From: the human T2T-CHM13v2.0 reference genome, Homo sapiens
NCBI RefSeq assembly: GCF_009914755.1
Contig: NC_060943.1
Reading direction: 5' to 3' (one strand)
Length of the DNA stretch: 64,000 nucleotides
The notes below the pieces were generated by a model. That model had not been told where the DNA came from. It was given only the letters and a program-made list of their open reading frames with translations, and ran no database searches. Below, in pieces: positions 1 to 20,200 of the stretch. A program made the translations under genes and the position numbers. Numbering within the stretch: position 1 is the stretch's first letter; every line of letters starts with the position of its first letter.

Positions 1-639
1 CTACTAAGTCTTCGTGGATCCCTTTTCTGTTCCCTTTCAGCTCCTCTTAGCACACTCATGTTTCTCAGTCTCTCCCTCTCCTGACCCCTCCCAGACCTCT
101 CCGCTCGGGCGTCCACCTTGAACCCCCATCAGCTCTCTGCACGCTCCGAACCTGTTTCCTTCTGGAAGTCACATTAACAACAGCTAACACTCTCAGAGAT
201 GTAACTCCACGCCAGGCTCAATTCTAACACTCATAGCAAATGGGAGGTAGGTTTGATTTGTGATCTCCTTTAGCAGGGAGACTAAACAATTTACCCAAAG
301 TCATGAAGTAAGTGGCAGAGCTACTTGGGCTCTTGGCACTTCTAAGCCACTACAATTTATCACAGGATGGTCGTGTCAGCTTTTAGGAGCTAACGTGAGT
401 TTTATGCCACGTCATATGTGTTAGTTCTGTCTCCCAGGCCTTTTCCCATCCCTCTTCTCAGCATGTCTCTGTCATCCCTATTACTCGAGGATCACACAGC
501 AGGAATTTGATCCCCCGTTTTGGTTCTCTCAGTCCCCCTGTCTCTCCCTGTTATCCCTCCATCTCCTTGGCCAAGCCACCACCACGCATTCCCCCACCCA
601 GGAGTCTCCAGCCTCAACCCAGGCCTCCTCAGGCTTTTT

Positions 640-974
<335 letters not shown>

Positions 975-1449
975 TAAACTAGTCACTGCTAACCAGGGCC
1001 GTACTCACCCCATGCACCCCCCACACTTCAGACGCGGCTCACCGCTCCTAGGATCATCTAGCCCTGAGCCCCTCTGCCTGGTGTCAGCCCCCTTCAGCCT
1101 TCACCCTCACCGCCCAGGGCCCACGCAAATCCACTGCTCCAGGGGTTGAAAAGGTCAGTCCCTCGGGCAGGCGTCCTCAGCCCCAGGCCCCATCACTGCC
1201 GCCTGAGAGCCTTCAAACAGACTCCCCTAGAGCTCCGAAAAGCCTCTGGACCTGGCTTCTCTCCCGGACTCCCTCCGTCCCCCCAGGCCGGTCCCCTCCA
1301 AGGCTTCAGGACGTACTCCCTCGGTCCAGGTTCTCCCCCGCCCGCTGGCCTGTCTTCGGCCTGGGTCCCCTTCCTCGCCTCAAGATAGTGTCGCCTCGGT
1401 CCGTGTGTCCTCAGCCCAAATCCCTTCCGCCATGTCAGACCGTCTCTCC

Positions 1450-2340
1450 TCAAACCGTGTTGCCCCGGCCCAGGCTCTTGGCCCTCAGCCTGCGTCCCCT
1501 CTGCCGCCTCAGGCCATGTCACCTTATTGCAGGTTCCTCTCCGTCCCCTCGGCCCGAGCTCTGCGTGCCCTAACCCGCCACCTCCGAGCGTGACTCCTTC
1601 GTCCTCTCAGCCTAGGTCCCGGCCGACCCCTCAGCCCGGTTCTCACCCAAAGAGGCCAGAGAAGAAGGACTGCGAGTTCTTCACTTTGCGCTCCGCCTCG
1701 GCCAACAGCGCCATCGCCTCCGCTTCCTTCCCGGAATTGTCCATGGCGGCCACAAAGGGACTCAGCAAAGCGCCTGACCCTGACCCTGGGAAGACTCAGC
1801 CGCGGCCGGGCCGCGGAACACAGATCGGTAAAACTCGCCCGGCTGCGTTGACGTCGCACCGGCGCGCGTCGCTTGCGGCCAGGAACCACGTGACTAGCGC
1901 TGGCCAACCAGCGGCCTCGTAACGCCGCGCCCGCTCCGCCGGACACGCCCCCACCAGCCGCCGCACGCCGCCCGTGACTCGTGACCCCCCAATCGGCGTC
2001 AAGAGACCTCAACGCATGCGCACATACCGGCGAACGGCGCTCCACTCTCTCCCCAGCGCTCTGTACCTCACCTCCCACGTGACCCTGTGGAAGGCAATGG
2101 CAGTACCCCCCGCCGAGGCCCCGCCCCACGGTGTTGCTGCTGGATCCTCCTCCACCAATCAGCAGGAGCCCTCGGCTCGCGCTGGGGCGGGGGGTCCCCC
2201 ACTCGCCCTCCCCGCGGAACTCTGGCACAGTCAGCTGACCGCAGACACTCACGTGACAGCTCGGGGCCCACGCCCGGGTTTGACAGTTCTGCGCAGAACT
2301 TAGTCCCGCCCCCGCGGCTGGTCTCGCCGGTTTCTTCACT
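1450..2340 (-). promoter_or_regulatory. NAPA: NAPA CpG-island promoter
   Basis: Dense CpG and high GC around the ATG. Motifs: CACGTGAC at 1887, 2076 and 2250, CRE-like TGACGTCG at 1849, NRF1-like CGCATGCGCA at 2013, CCAAT at 1989 and 2155, GC boxes. Confidence 0.88.
1647..1744 (-). CDS. NAPA: NAPA (alpha-SNAP) first coding exon; the gene continues beyond the left edge of the window
   Basis: The minus strand reads gccgccATGG (strong Kozak) and translates [33 protein letters not shown], the alpha-SNAP N-terminus. It is followed by donor GG|GTGAGA at 1646; 98 nt, phase 2. Confidence 0.97.
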
Positions 2341-2496
2341 TGGAAAGGCGTTTGTGGGAAAAGGAAACCGTTCTGCTTTTTCTTGCTCCCTCTGTCGGCC
2401 AGTACTGGAACTGCTTTGGGGAGACCGGTGAAGAGAGACTGCAAACAAAAACTTAAGAGGTTCTCTAACTCTGGTTTCATAAAAAATAGCTGAAGA

Positions 2497-2854
<358 letters not shown>

Positions 2855-3109
2855 CTATAATCCCAGCTACTCGGGAGGCGAGAGGATCGCTTGGGCCCAG
2901 GAGTTTGAGTCTAGTTCAAGTCCCGCCTTGGGCAACATAGCAAGACTCTGTCTCTAAAAAAAAAAGTTTAGGCTCAAACACACCTCCTGCTGTCCCAGAA
3001 AATTGAGTTGCTGGTTTCTGAGACAGGGTCTCACTCTTTGGGTTGTTGGTTTTGGAGACAGGGTCTCGGTCTGTCGCCCAGGCTGGAGTGCAGCAGCACA
3101 ATCATAGCT

Positions 3110-4600
<1,491 letters not shown>

Positions 4601-4841
4601 AAAACAGTTTCCAAGGCCGTACCCACAATGGTTCCAATTCTGAGTCTGTGGTGGGTCACAGGAATCTGCATTTTTAAAAAACAGAACCCTATATAATTAG
4701 GATGCAGCCAGACCTGGTGGTTCATGCCTGTAATCCCAACACTCTGGGAGACCAAGGCGGGAGGACCGCTTGAGCCTAGGAGTTAAGGACCAACCTAGGC
4801 AAAAAGCAAGATCCTATCTCCACAAAATTAAAAAATTTTTA

Positions 4842-4961
<120 letters not shown>

Positions 4962-5429
4962 TCAAAAAAAAAAAAAAGTAAAATTAGGATGCAGATAATC
5001 CCGGGACCACAGTTTGAGAAACCGCTATTATCTAGGGGGTTGGCTGAGCCGAGCAAGGCATAAGAAGCCTTCCCCCAACTCTCTTCATACATGAATAGAC
5101 TTGCCTGGACCACCTACTTGTGGTTGCCACTGTGTCCTGACCACAGAGCAGGTGGGGGTGAGCCTGGATTACCACAAGCGGTTTTGGTTCCATGTCTGTC
5201 AAAGCAACACTATGTAAAAGCTTCTGTTTAAGCTGTTCCATTTCAGGGTAATTTGTCATGCAGCAACAGATAATATAACCCCTCAGCCTTTTCAACCAGG
5301 GAATTTTTTTCCATTTCCAGAGTTCATTGGATTTATTTAGGATGGGATCCAAACAATATTAGCAATCACATGAGAGCTTGTTAACTAGTAGCCATTCAGT
5401 TCTTATGGTGCACCCTCCCAAGTGCTTAA

Positions 5430-5750
<321 letters not shown>

Positions 5751-6142
5751 TAATTTACATTTTATTTAACTGATAGGTTGCGGGGGTTGAGGAGGGGCAA
5801 TTTTCATCCCATTTTACAGATTGAGAAAACTGAGGCTCCCACAGGGAAAGTGATTCGCCCTAGTTTACAAGGAGGTAAGAGGAGCCAGGATGGAATTGAG
5901 GTTCATCTCACACCTGAACCCTTTCCCTTAACTGCAGTGTTCCAACTGCTTCAAACTCAGCGTCCACCTCTGCCCCACTCCCAGCCAATCTTTAAGCCTT
6001 AGCTGATAGGTGGGCCCTCTGTGAAACCTTCTCACGCTGCCGTCTACTTTCCCAGCTCTTCAGAACACGGCTCACCCTATCATAGACACGATCACACCCT
6101 GATGCAATCAATCCTCTGCAGTCAATTCCCCATCTGAGCTAA

Positions 6143-6744
<602 letters not shown>

Positions 6745-7454
6745 TGATCCGCCCGCCTTGGCCTCCCAAAGTGCTGGGATTAGTGGAGAGAGCCACTGCA
6801 CCTGGCCATGGAGCTGCATCTTGAGTGGTCTAGGCTAACTGTGGTCATTTCCCTTCTCACTAACAGGGATCAGTTTAGAAGCGAACACAGGCTCAATGAG
6901 ACATACGGGCATCTGCTGGGAGCTGTTAAAAGTTTTCCTCACTCTTAAAAAGGGAGGCAGGGAGGGGGGCTGTTTTCTCTTCTTTCCCCCGCCGCCCGCC
7001 CCCTGCCGGTCTGGATTTTGGTTCGAGGTTATTCTCGCCTCTGCTGGAGCCCTCGTTCTGCCCCTGCCCCTGCCCCTGCCAGGGGTCCCTGATTTCAAGG
7101 CTGAGCCCCTACTGGGACAGCCAAACTCCATGATTGTTTAAATCAACACCAACTCTTCTGTTACAGTCAAAAGCATTTCCAGTACCATGACCTAAAATCA
7201 CCTTGTTTGCTTATTACTGCTACCTTCCTGCTCCTACAAGAGAAGGTCCGTGAGGAAAAGGGCCTCTCTTGCTTCACTATCCCTGTTGTACGGATTGGCA
7301 ACGTCCAGTGCATTCTACAGCAGGTGCTTCGTAGATGTTTGCTGAATGAATGTCCAAATCAACATGCCCGTGTTCTCCCCAAGGCCCCCAGCCCCCAGGG
7401 CAGGCCACAGCTGACTCACCTCCTGCCCTTAGCACGTGGTGGGGTTCCTAAGCC

Positions 7455-7460
7455 TTTATT
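7455..7460 (-). terminator. ZNF541: ZNF541 polyadenylation signal AATAAA (variant ATTAAA also at 7506-7511)
   Basis: tttatt on the + strand, ~570 nt past the stop codon. Confidence 0.7.
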
Positions 7461-8027
7461 GGATCAATAGGCAGGGAAGTCAAAGACAGCAGCTCAAGAA
7501 CCCAATTTAATCAGATTTACGAGTTGACATGTACAAAAAACACCGAACAATGCAGAATTCATCGCAAGACTAGGGACTGAATCTGGAAGGTAGAGTCCCC
7601 GCCCCAGGGAGGGGCCCAGCGTGTTGGAGATCTCAAGGTTTTTTCCCACTGATTCTCTAAGTCTTGGCCTTATCTAACACATGAAACCAAACCCCACAAC
7701 TGAGGCTAAGATTTAAGAGCTACCCAGAGCTAAATTTTCCCCTCCCCAAGCCTCCCTGCTCTAGAAGTGGAAGGGAAAGAAGGGGAGAGACTATGAACCT
7801 AAGGAGAGTGGAGCCTCCAGCACCACCGGACAGGGACTGCATAGCTGTCCGACAACTGAGCTCCTCCTGCCTATCTGTGGCCAAATGCCCTCCATGTTTG
7901 CAGGCAGGTTGGCCAACAGGGGACAGGGAGGGTGGGGGGAGGCAGAGGGGTGCCCCAAACGCCCTGGAGAGGCCGAAGGGAGGAGGGGCAGCACTGGAGG
8001 CCCCATTCGGACTTGCTGCCACGGGAG

Positions 8028-8181
8028 TCACCACTGCAGGGGGCCGATGTCAGCTCCCAGCTCCTCTTCCTTTAGCTGGAAGGGCTTCACTGGCCACTTC
8101 ACCCTGATGATGGGCTCCACGTGGTCCTGAAGGCGGTGCCGCTTCATATGGGCATTTCGACTCTTGATCTTGTCAAACACC
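8028..8181 (-). CDS. ZNF541: ZNF541 coding exon 15/15 (second half of C2H2 finger 5, C-terminus, TGA)
   Basis: Acceptor ctcctcag|G; (R)VFDKIKSRNAHMKRHRLQDHVEPIIRVKWPVKPFQLKEEELGADIGPLQW*; stop at 8028-8030. Confidence 0.93.
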
Positions 8182-8282
8182 CTGAGGAGTCACCAGAGGA
8201 CATGGGGTCAGAGCAGGGAGGAAGGGATCACAGGGGCTGAGGCTGGGAGCCCTGGGAGTGTTTCCAGGAGAAAGCTGGGTAC

Positions 8283-8458
8283 CTTTCACACTCTCTGCAT
8301 GGAAAAATGCCCTGGCTCTCTGCACTTCCCAACAGCTCGGGGGTCCGCTTGGAGCCTGCATTTGGGCTGGAGCTGAGGATGGACTCCCTCCTATAACTCT
8401 TGGTCTTTAACTTGGGAGTTGGATGGTGGCTGGGTCTCTCCCGAGGGCTGCATGGGAC
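8283..8458 (-). CDS. ZNF541: ZNF541 coding exon 14/15 (first half of finger 5)
   Basis: ctctgcag|VPCSPRERPSHH...GIFPCRECE(R)|gtaccc; 176 nt. Confidence 0.92.
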
Positions 8459-8657
8459 CTGCAGAGGGAGCAAAAGTGACATAAGGGTGCTGACCTGTCC
8501 TGCTGTAAGAGAGACACAGAGCTGGGGGCATACGTGTCTCCTGCAGGAAAACCCTTCCATCAGGAGCACCCCCGCCCTCTGACCCCACCGTCCAACTCAA
8601 CGGGTAGCAGGCACTGGGAGGAGAGAAGAGCTCCCGACACAGCCCTGGTTCCTCTAC

Positions 8658-8798
8658 CTTTTCCTCTGTCCTTTCCACTTCCTCCGGCTCTCTCTTGACC
8701 CTCTTTTCTAGCCCTGGGGCTCGGCCACAGTCAAACTTGATCATTTTTTTCCAGATGTAATAATACTCAACGCACTGAGCTACCGTCTTTGTCTGGAT
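8658..8798 (-). CDS. ZNF541: ZNF541 coding exon 13/15 (C-terminal part of SANT)
   Basis: tttcactag|IQTKTVAQCVEYYYIWKKMIKFDCG...ERTEEK|gtagag; 141 nt; typical SANT helix KTVxxCVxYYYxWKK. Confidence 0.92.
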
Positions 8799-9545
8799 CT
8801 AGTGAAAGAAAACAAGCAGGCTGTGGCTGTGCCACGCGGGCCCTGGGAGTGTGACCTTGCCATTGGGCCGGCCGCCTCCTTTGGAAAGCCCTCCGGAAGC
8901 ACCTCTTCCTTTGGCTTGGCGTTACCACTCACCACAAAGGCACAGGACCACAAAATCCTTCCTGGGGACGAGGGCGTTCAAACTGGAGCCACATAGTAGC
9001 CACCAGTACCTAAGCCTGCACACTCTGAGCAGCCATTCCAGCTCAGGAATTCTTTCCTAAGGAAGATGGGCACAAAGGTTGCACCAGGGATGCCAACTGT
9101 GACATCATGCTAATAAATCGGAATGCTCTCTGCAGGCAGAATACCACACAGACATTACAACAGCTAGGCAGAGCCTCTAAAGTCTTGGCAGGAAGTGACC
9201 CACTCTAGAAGAAGGGGAGGTTTTGAGTGCACAGTGTGAACCTAGGGGATTATTTTCCCGTTCCTCCACTAAGAAAGGATCCCACTAAAAATAACTTCTG
9301 TTAAAAACAAAAGGGAAGCTGGGCTTGGTGGCTCACGCCTGTAATCCCAGCACTTTGAGAGGCTGAGGCAGGAGGACGACTTGAGGTCAGGAGTTCAAGA
9401 CCAGCCTGGGCAACATAGCAAGACCCCATCTCTACAGAATTTTTTAAAAATTAGCCAGTCATGGTGGTGCATGCCTGTGGTCCCAGCTACTTAAGATGCT
9501 GAGGCGAGATGATCGCTTGAGCCCAGGTGTTCAAGGCTGCAGTGA

Positions 9546-9678
<133 letters not shown>

Positions 9679-10339
9679 TAGCTGGGATTATAGGTACCCT
9701 CCATCATGCCCACCTAATTTTTGTATCTTTGTAGAGACAGGGTTTCACCATGTTGGCCAGGCTGGTCTTGAACTCCTGACCTCAGGTGATCTGCCTGCCC
9801 CGACCTCCCAAAGTGCTGGGATTACAGGCCTGAACCACCGCACCCGGCCAGCAGTGAGCTATGATAGTGTCACGGTACTCCAGAGCGAGTATCTTTTTTT
9901 TTTTTCACTGCAACCTCCACCTCCCAGGTTCAAGCAATTCCTCTGCCTCAGCCTCCCGAGTAGCTGGGACTATAGGCGCGCACCACCATGCCCAGCTATT
10001 TTTTTGTGTTTTTAGTAGAGACGGGGTTTCACCTTATTGGCCAGGCTGGTCTCGAACTCCTGACCTTGTGATCTACCTGCCTCAGCCTCCTAAAGTGCTG
10101 GCATTACAGGCGTGAGCCACCGCGCCCGGCGAGCGTCTCTTTTAAAAAAAAAAAAAAAAAAAAAAAGGAAAAGTTTAATTGCTCTAGGAAGAAAATTTCT
10201 TGGGAAATTAAATCGGCTATTGAGCGAACTCCAGAAAAGACATTCTCCACCCAAATGTTTTTCAGCTTTGTGAGTATTCACAAACGAGGAGTCAAAACAG
10301 CACAAACTCTGCCTAAGAGACATCACTAAGTTTAAAAAA

Positions 10340-15420
<5,081 letters not shown>

Positions 15421-15753
15421 CCTTATCTTTTTTAAAGTACATGCATACCTATATATATAAAATTTGTACAGACAGAAATGCCTGTTGCTTGGTGGAATAG
15501 GTAACAGAGGTTGCCAAGCAGAAGTAGGACTGCGGGGAGGGGCATGGAAGACTGTTCTGTGCAGGTGATGCAGGTCTGTACCATCTGGAGCTGTTCATGA
15601 GGATAGCTTTTTGACATTGTAAACTGTCTACAGTAAGAGTGCTGCCACAGGCAGGTGAGGGTGGGGCCCTCCGACCCCCGACCAGCCCTGCAGCTCTAGC
15701 TTGTCTCAGCTGTGTGAGGCAGGGCCTTGGACACCAGCCCACATTCACTTTAC

Positions 15754-15842
15754 CATCTTGTGTATCAAGTAGAAGTCCTTCTTGTGGGCATAGAACGCCT
15801 TCTTAAAAAGCCTCTTCTCTATAGGGGTCCAGACGTCTGAAC
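15754..15842 (-). CDS. ZNF541: ZNF541 coding exon 12/15 (N-terminal part of SANT)
   Basis: ctttgatag|(G)SDVWTPIEKRLFKKAFYAHKKDFYLIHKM|gtaaag; 89 nt. Confidence 0.93.
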
Positions 15843-16380
15843 CTATCAAAGAACACAGCCAACAGGGGGAAGGCCATTTGTCCTGGGACCACAGCCATGG
15901 CTGAAATGCAGACCACCTTCCCATTTATAGCTGCCATTACTGAGTACCAATTATGTGCCAATCTCATAAAAAACTCAAAAAGTCTCCAGAAGGGAGGGAC
16001 CACTACTAGCCCCACTTAACAGATGTGGCAACTGAGGCTTCAGTCGCTTGCTAAAGGCAGGTGGGGGCCCTGGCATCCTGTTTCCAGAGCTGATGGGTTC
16101 AACCACTGAACCTAAGCCCATCTTCCCTCCCCCTGGCCATGATCATTCCCCTTCCAGCTGGGCAGAGTCCGTAAGGAAACCACTGGGAAAGGGCGAAGCA
16201 GGATCCCACTAGCAGAATGTGGCGCCCACTGAGTCATCCCGACAAGGACAGGCCCTCCTGAAAGGCAGGCAAAGGTCCCGAGGAGAACTCCAGGAGGCAG
16301 GGGCAGAGCTTGCAACAGAGCTGGCCGATTCATAGGGGTCTCAGCTGGGCCAAACCAGCTCAGCAGCCTTTCCCCGTCAC

Positions 16381-16456
16381 CTGTGTAGCGATAGTCAGCG
16401 AGCAGGTGTGTCCGTGGCTTGTGGGGCCCTCGGAGCAGAAGAGTCTCCAGGGCGAC
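16381..16456 (-). CDS. ZNF541: ZNF541 coding exon 11/15 (ELM2-SANT linker)
   Basis: ttccag|VALETLLLRGPHKPRTHLLADYRYT(G)|gtgacg; 76 nt. Confidence 0.92.
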
Positions 16457-16856
16457 CTGGAACAAGAGGAGCGACAGGCTGCCCAGGACCAGGTGGGGGA
16501 AGAGGACCACAGGCATCCTCCCATTCATCTGAAAAACACTTGCGGCTGTCCCTGAAGACACTGCCTGTCCCAGGGCTATTCAAAGTTGCCCTGGATGGGC
16601 CACCAGCCTGTGAACTGTCTGTGCGTGCATCAACCGTGTCACCAGGCACACCACTGAATGCAGCTGAAGTTATTTTTTCACAGCAAGCCTATCCTGACGA
16701 AGGAGACTGTGTGTGGATTTATTCTGGCACAAGCTCCTTACTCCCTCAGGGACTGGCATTTTGAGGAGTATGACCCTTGCGTAGGGCCCCATTTTTATTT
16801 TCTTCATAGCACTAGTCAATAGCTAACAATTGAAAACATTTTATTTTTAAAGATGA

Positions 16857-17270
<414 letters not shown>

Positions 17271-18036
17271 TGAGCCATGCGCCTGGCCTAGCTAACAATT
17301 TGACTTTCCTAAAATGTAAGCCCCCTGAGGGCAGGGATTTTATCTCAATCACAAGTGTAAGCCATCATTGCAGGGTTTGCATAATTTGTGGGGCCCACTG
17401 CAAAATGAAGATGCAGGACTCCTTGTTTAAAAAGTATTAAGAATTTCTTTTCTTTTTTTTTCTTTTTTGAGACGGAGTCTCACTCTGTTGCCCAGGCTGG
17501 AGTGCAGTGGTGCGATCTCGGCTCACTGCAACTGCACTCCACCTCCCAGGTTCAAGCAATTCTCCTGCCTCAGCTTCCCAAGTAGCTGGGATTACAGGCG
17601 CCCACCACCATGCCTGGCTAATTTTTTTATTTTTAGTAGAGATGGGGTTTTACCATGTTGTCCAGGCTGGTCTCGAACTCCTGAGCTCAGGTGATCCACC
17701 CGTCTCGGCCTCCCAAAGTGCTGGGATTACAGGCGTGAGCCACCGCGCCTGGCCAAGAATTTCAAGACAGAGACAGCAGAGCATTAAACCAAGCGTGGAG
17801 CCCCTCAGCTGGCCCTGGCCCCAGTGCCTACAGTACAGGCAACCAGCAGGTACCCAATAAATATGTACTGCCACTCTGCTGAGGACCTGCTATATGCCAG
17901 ACACTGCCTCTCAGGTTGGTGAAAAGCAAGACCATGGCATGACTCTTAGATCCTTAACACAGGCAATGTGGCTCTTCCTCTCCCGCTCCTCACAGTTAGA
18001 CTTTTAATATACTTTCTAACACCCAGAATTGTGAGC

Positions 18037-18051
18037 GGGGGGGGGGGGGGG
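18037..18051 (+). repeat. G15 homopolymer
   Basis: Fifteen consecutive G, read directly. Confidence 0.9.
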
Positions 18052-18443
18052 TCCTTGGAGTAGGTAGAGGCATTTATGTTGCATCAGAGGTTTGTATATA
18101 TAAGTTTTCAATTGAAAGCTAAAACTCAAGGAATTAAGTAGATGAATGCAGGGCCTGAGCTGGGTCTTTGGGGCTTCCCTTCTCCAGTGCCCCCTGAGAT
18201 CTCAGAGGAACCCCTGCGCTTGATTGTTGCCCCAGACAAGTAGCTATGAATTGGGCCCACGTCTTAGCATTCCCCTACAGTCCGTGCACAAGGACCACTG
18301 CAATCCCAAAGCCGCTGTGGAGGAAGATGGGCGGCCTTCTTCCAGCTTCCATCCGCTCTGAACCCCCAAGCAGACAGCACGTCACATGCACCTAGAACCC
18401 TGGGCCCCAGGAAAGCAGGGAGGGTCCCCTTGCTGTTCCTCAC

Positions 18444-18547
18444 CTGAACGTTGCCCTGAGCCTCGTGCAGGCAGTGCAGAGCGAGCTCCAGGTTGGTGCC
18501 CCCTCCTGGCATCACGCTGGAGCATGCCACATTGCAGAGCTCGGTCA
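18444..18547 (-). CDS. ZNF541: ZNF541 coding exon 10/15 (ELM2)
   Basis: aaacag|(V)TELCNVACSSVMPGGGTNLELALHCLHEAQGNVQ|gtgagg; 104 nt; ELM2 signature GGGTNxELALHxL. Confidence 0.93.
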
Positions 18548-18929
18548 CTGTTTCCAAGAAGGACATGAGGAAGAGGAGGCACACAGGAGTCATCAGGTGC
18601 TAGGGAGGAACCTTTCCCGAAAGACAGCAGAGAGGGGGTGCCTTCCCCTTCTCTCTCCTGCATCTCAGGGAGGGACAAGGAGGAAGAGCAGAACCCTGTC
18701 CCCAGCACCCACTCCTGATGGCCTGACCAGCCACCATGTGACAAAAGAGGTAGGGGAGGGAGAGTGCAGCAGGGAAGAAGCAACGCTGGCCAAGAGCCAG
18801 CTCCCTCCCACGCCCAGGGGACACTACTTGGATCTAGCGGTCAGGAGTTCCAGACCTAGGAGGAAAAACACCCTGGAAATGGAGGGGGAAGAAGGGCCCT
18901 TAGGAATTTAGCCCCAAAGCCTCAGCCAC

Positions 18930-19072
18930 CTCTATCCTGTGTCTCTGAGCTGATCATCATATCTCCCCATGGCTTCCAGACCAGAGAAGCTACATGCTCG
19001 TCAGTTCCAGCCAGGGATCTCTCCTGGAGTTCCGGGATCTCTGCCTGAAACCGGCTTCCTATATTGATATGT
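18930..19072 (-). CDS. ZNF541: ZNF541 coding exon 9/15 (ELM2 start)
   Basis: catttcag|(P)[16 protein letters not shown]...[18 protein letters not shown]|gtggct; 143 nt; ELM2 motif [12 protein letters not shown]. Confidence 0.93.
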
Positions 19073-19710
19073 CTGAAATGAGGCCACACACAGATAAGGG
19101 AGACGTACAAACATGACTGAGATGGGAAGTGAAATGGAGACGCTCTGTATGCCCTGCTCTTGGGCCACAGCCTGCTCCATGGAAACCCTCTGCTGTCTCA
19201 GGTGCATCAGGTACGTGCTGTTCCCGACAGATGCACACAGACATTTCAGAAACTTCTGCAGGGACACTTCCTCCCTTCCTCTGTTTTCCTTCATTGCCAC
19301 ATTTCTCTCTCAGGGTCAAGGCAGGGGAGGTACAAGCTGACACCCGGCATGTGTCTACGTCCACACCACAGCCATCCAGCCACATCCCTCAGGCATGCTT
19401 GAGTCCCACTCTGTGCCATCACCAATTCTACCTGGAACCCCAAGGTCCAGGGCATTCTGTCCCCATGTGCCACATATATATTTCTAGAAGGAATAATTTG
19501 GGGGGATTTTCATATATATATATATATTTGTAGAAGGAATAATATTGGGGGATCTTCCTACATATATTTGGAAAAATCTACCGCTTCACGCCTAGGGAGC
19601 CTATGTGAGTAAACCTGAACCCCACCATGGGAAGAAGGAACCCTTGGGAAAAGTGACACTAGAACTCAAGGTGGGGTAAAAGCAGCTTCACTGGAAAGGA
19701 CCCAACTTAC

Positions 19711-19774
19711 GGCTCAATGCTGATTTTGGTGTCATCCTTCACCACACAGATGCCAAAGGACCCATCCACTTGAT
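19711..19774 (-). CDS. ZNF541: ZNF541 coding exon 8/15
   Basis: ctttctag|(D)QVDGSFGICVVKDDTKISIE(P)|gtaagt; 64 nt; phases fit both neighbours. Confidence 0.9.
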
Positions 19775-19888
19775 CTAGAAAGCACAGAGTGAAAAGGCTC
19801 AAGAAGACAGACAGCAGGTAACCGACAGGGTCCTCTGCCTGCCTGTGTGGACGCAGCTGAAAGCAGGGTCTTTAAGATCCCATGGGTT

Positions 19889-20160
19889 GGCCGGGCACAG
19901 TGGTTCACGCCTGTAATCCCAGCACTTTGGGAGGCTGAGGTGGGAGGATCACGAGGTCAGGAGATCAAGACCATCCTGGCTAACACACAGTGAAACCCTG
20001 TTCCTACTTAAAATACAAAAAAAAGTAGCCGGGCGTGGTAGTGGGTGCCTGTAGTCCCAGCTGAGACAGAAGAATGGCGTGAACCCAGGAGGCGGAGCTT
20101 GCGGTGAGCCGAGATCGCGCCACTGCACTCCAGCCTGGGCGACAGAGCGAGACTCCATCT

Positions 20161-20194
<34 letters not shown>
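19889..20194 (+). mobile_element. AluY-like element with TSD atcccatggg
   Basis: AluY-like diagnostics, ~33-nt A tail, flanking duplication. Confidence 0.88.

Positions 20195-20200
<6 letters not shown>

Noticed and set aside
7035-7048. CTCF-like CCAGCAGAGGCGA between ZNF541 and NAPA
   Set aside because: It departs from the core consensus and cannot be supported without ChIP data.
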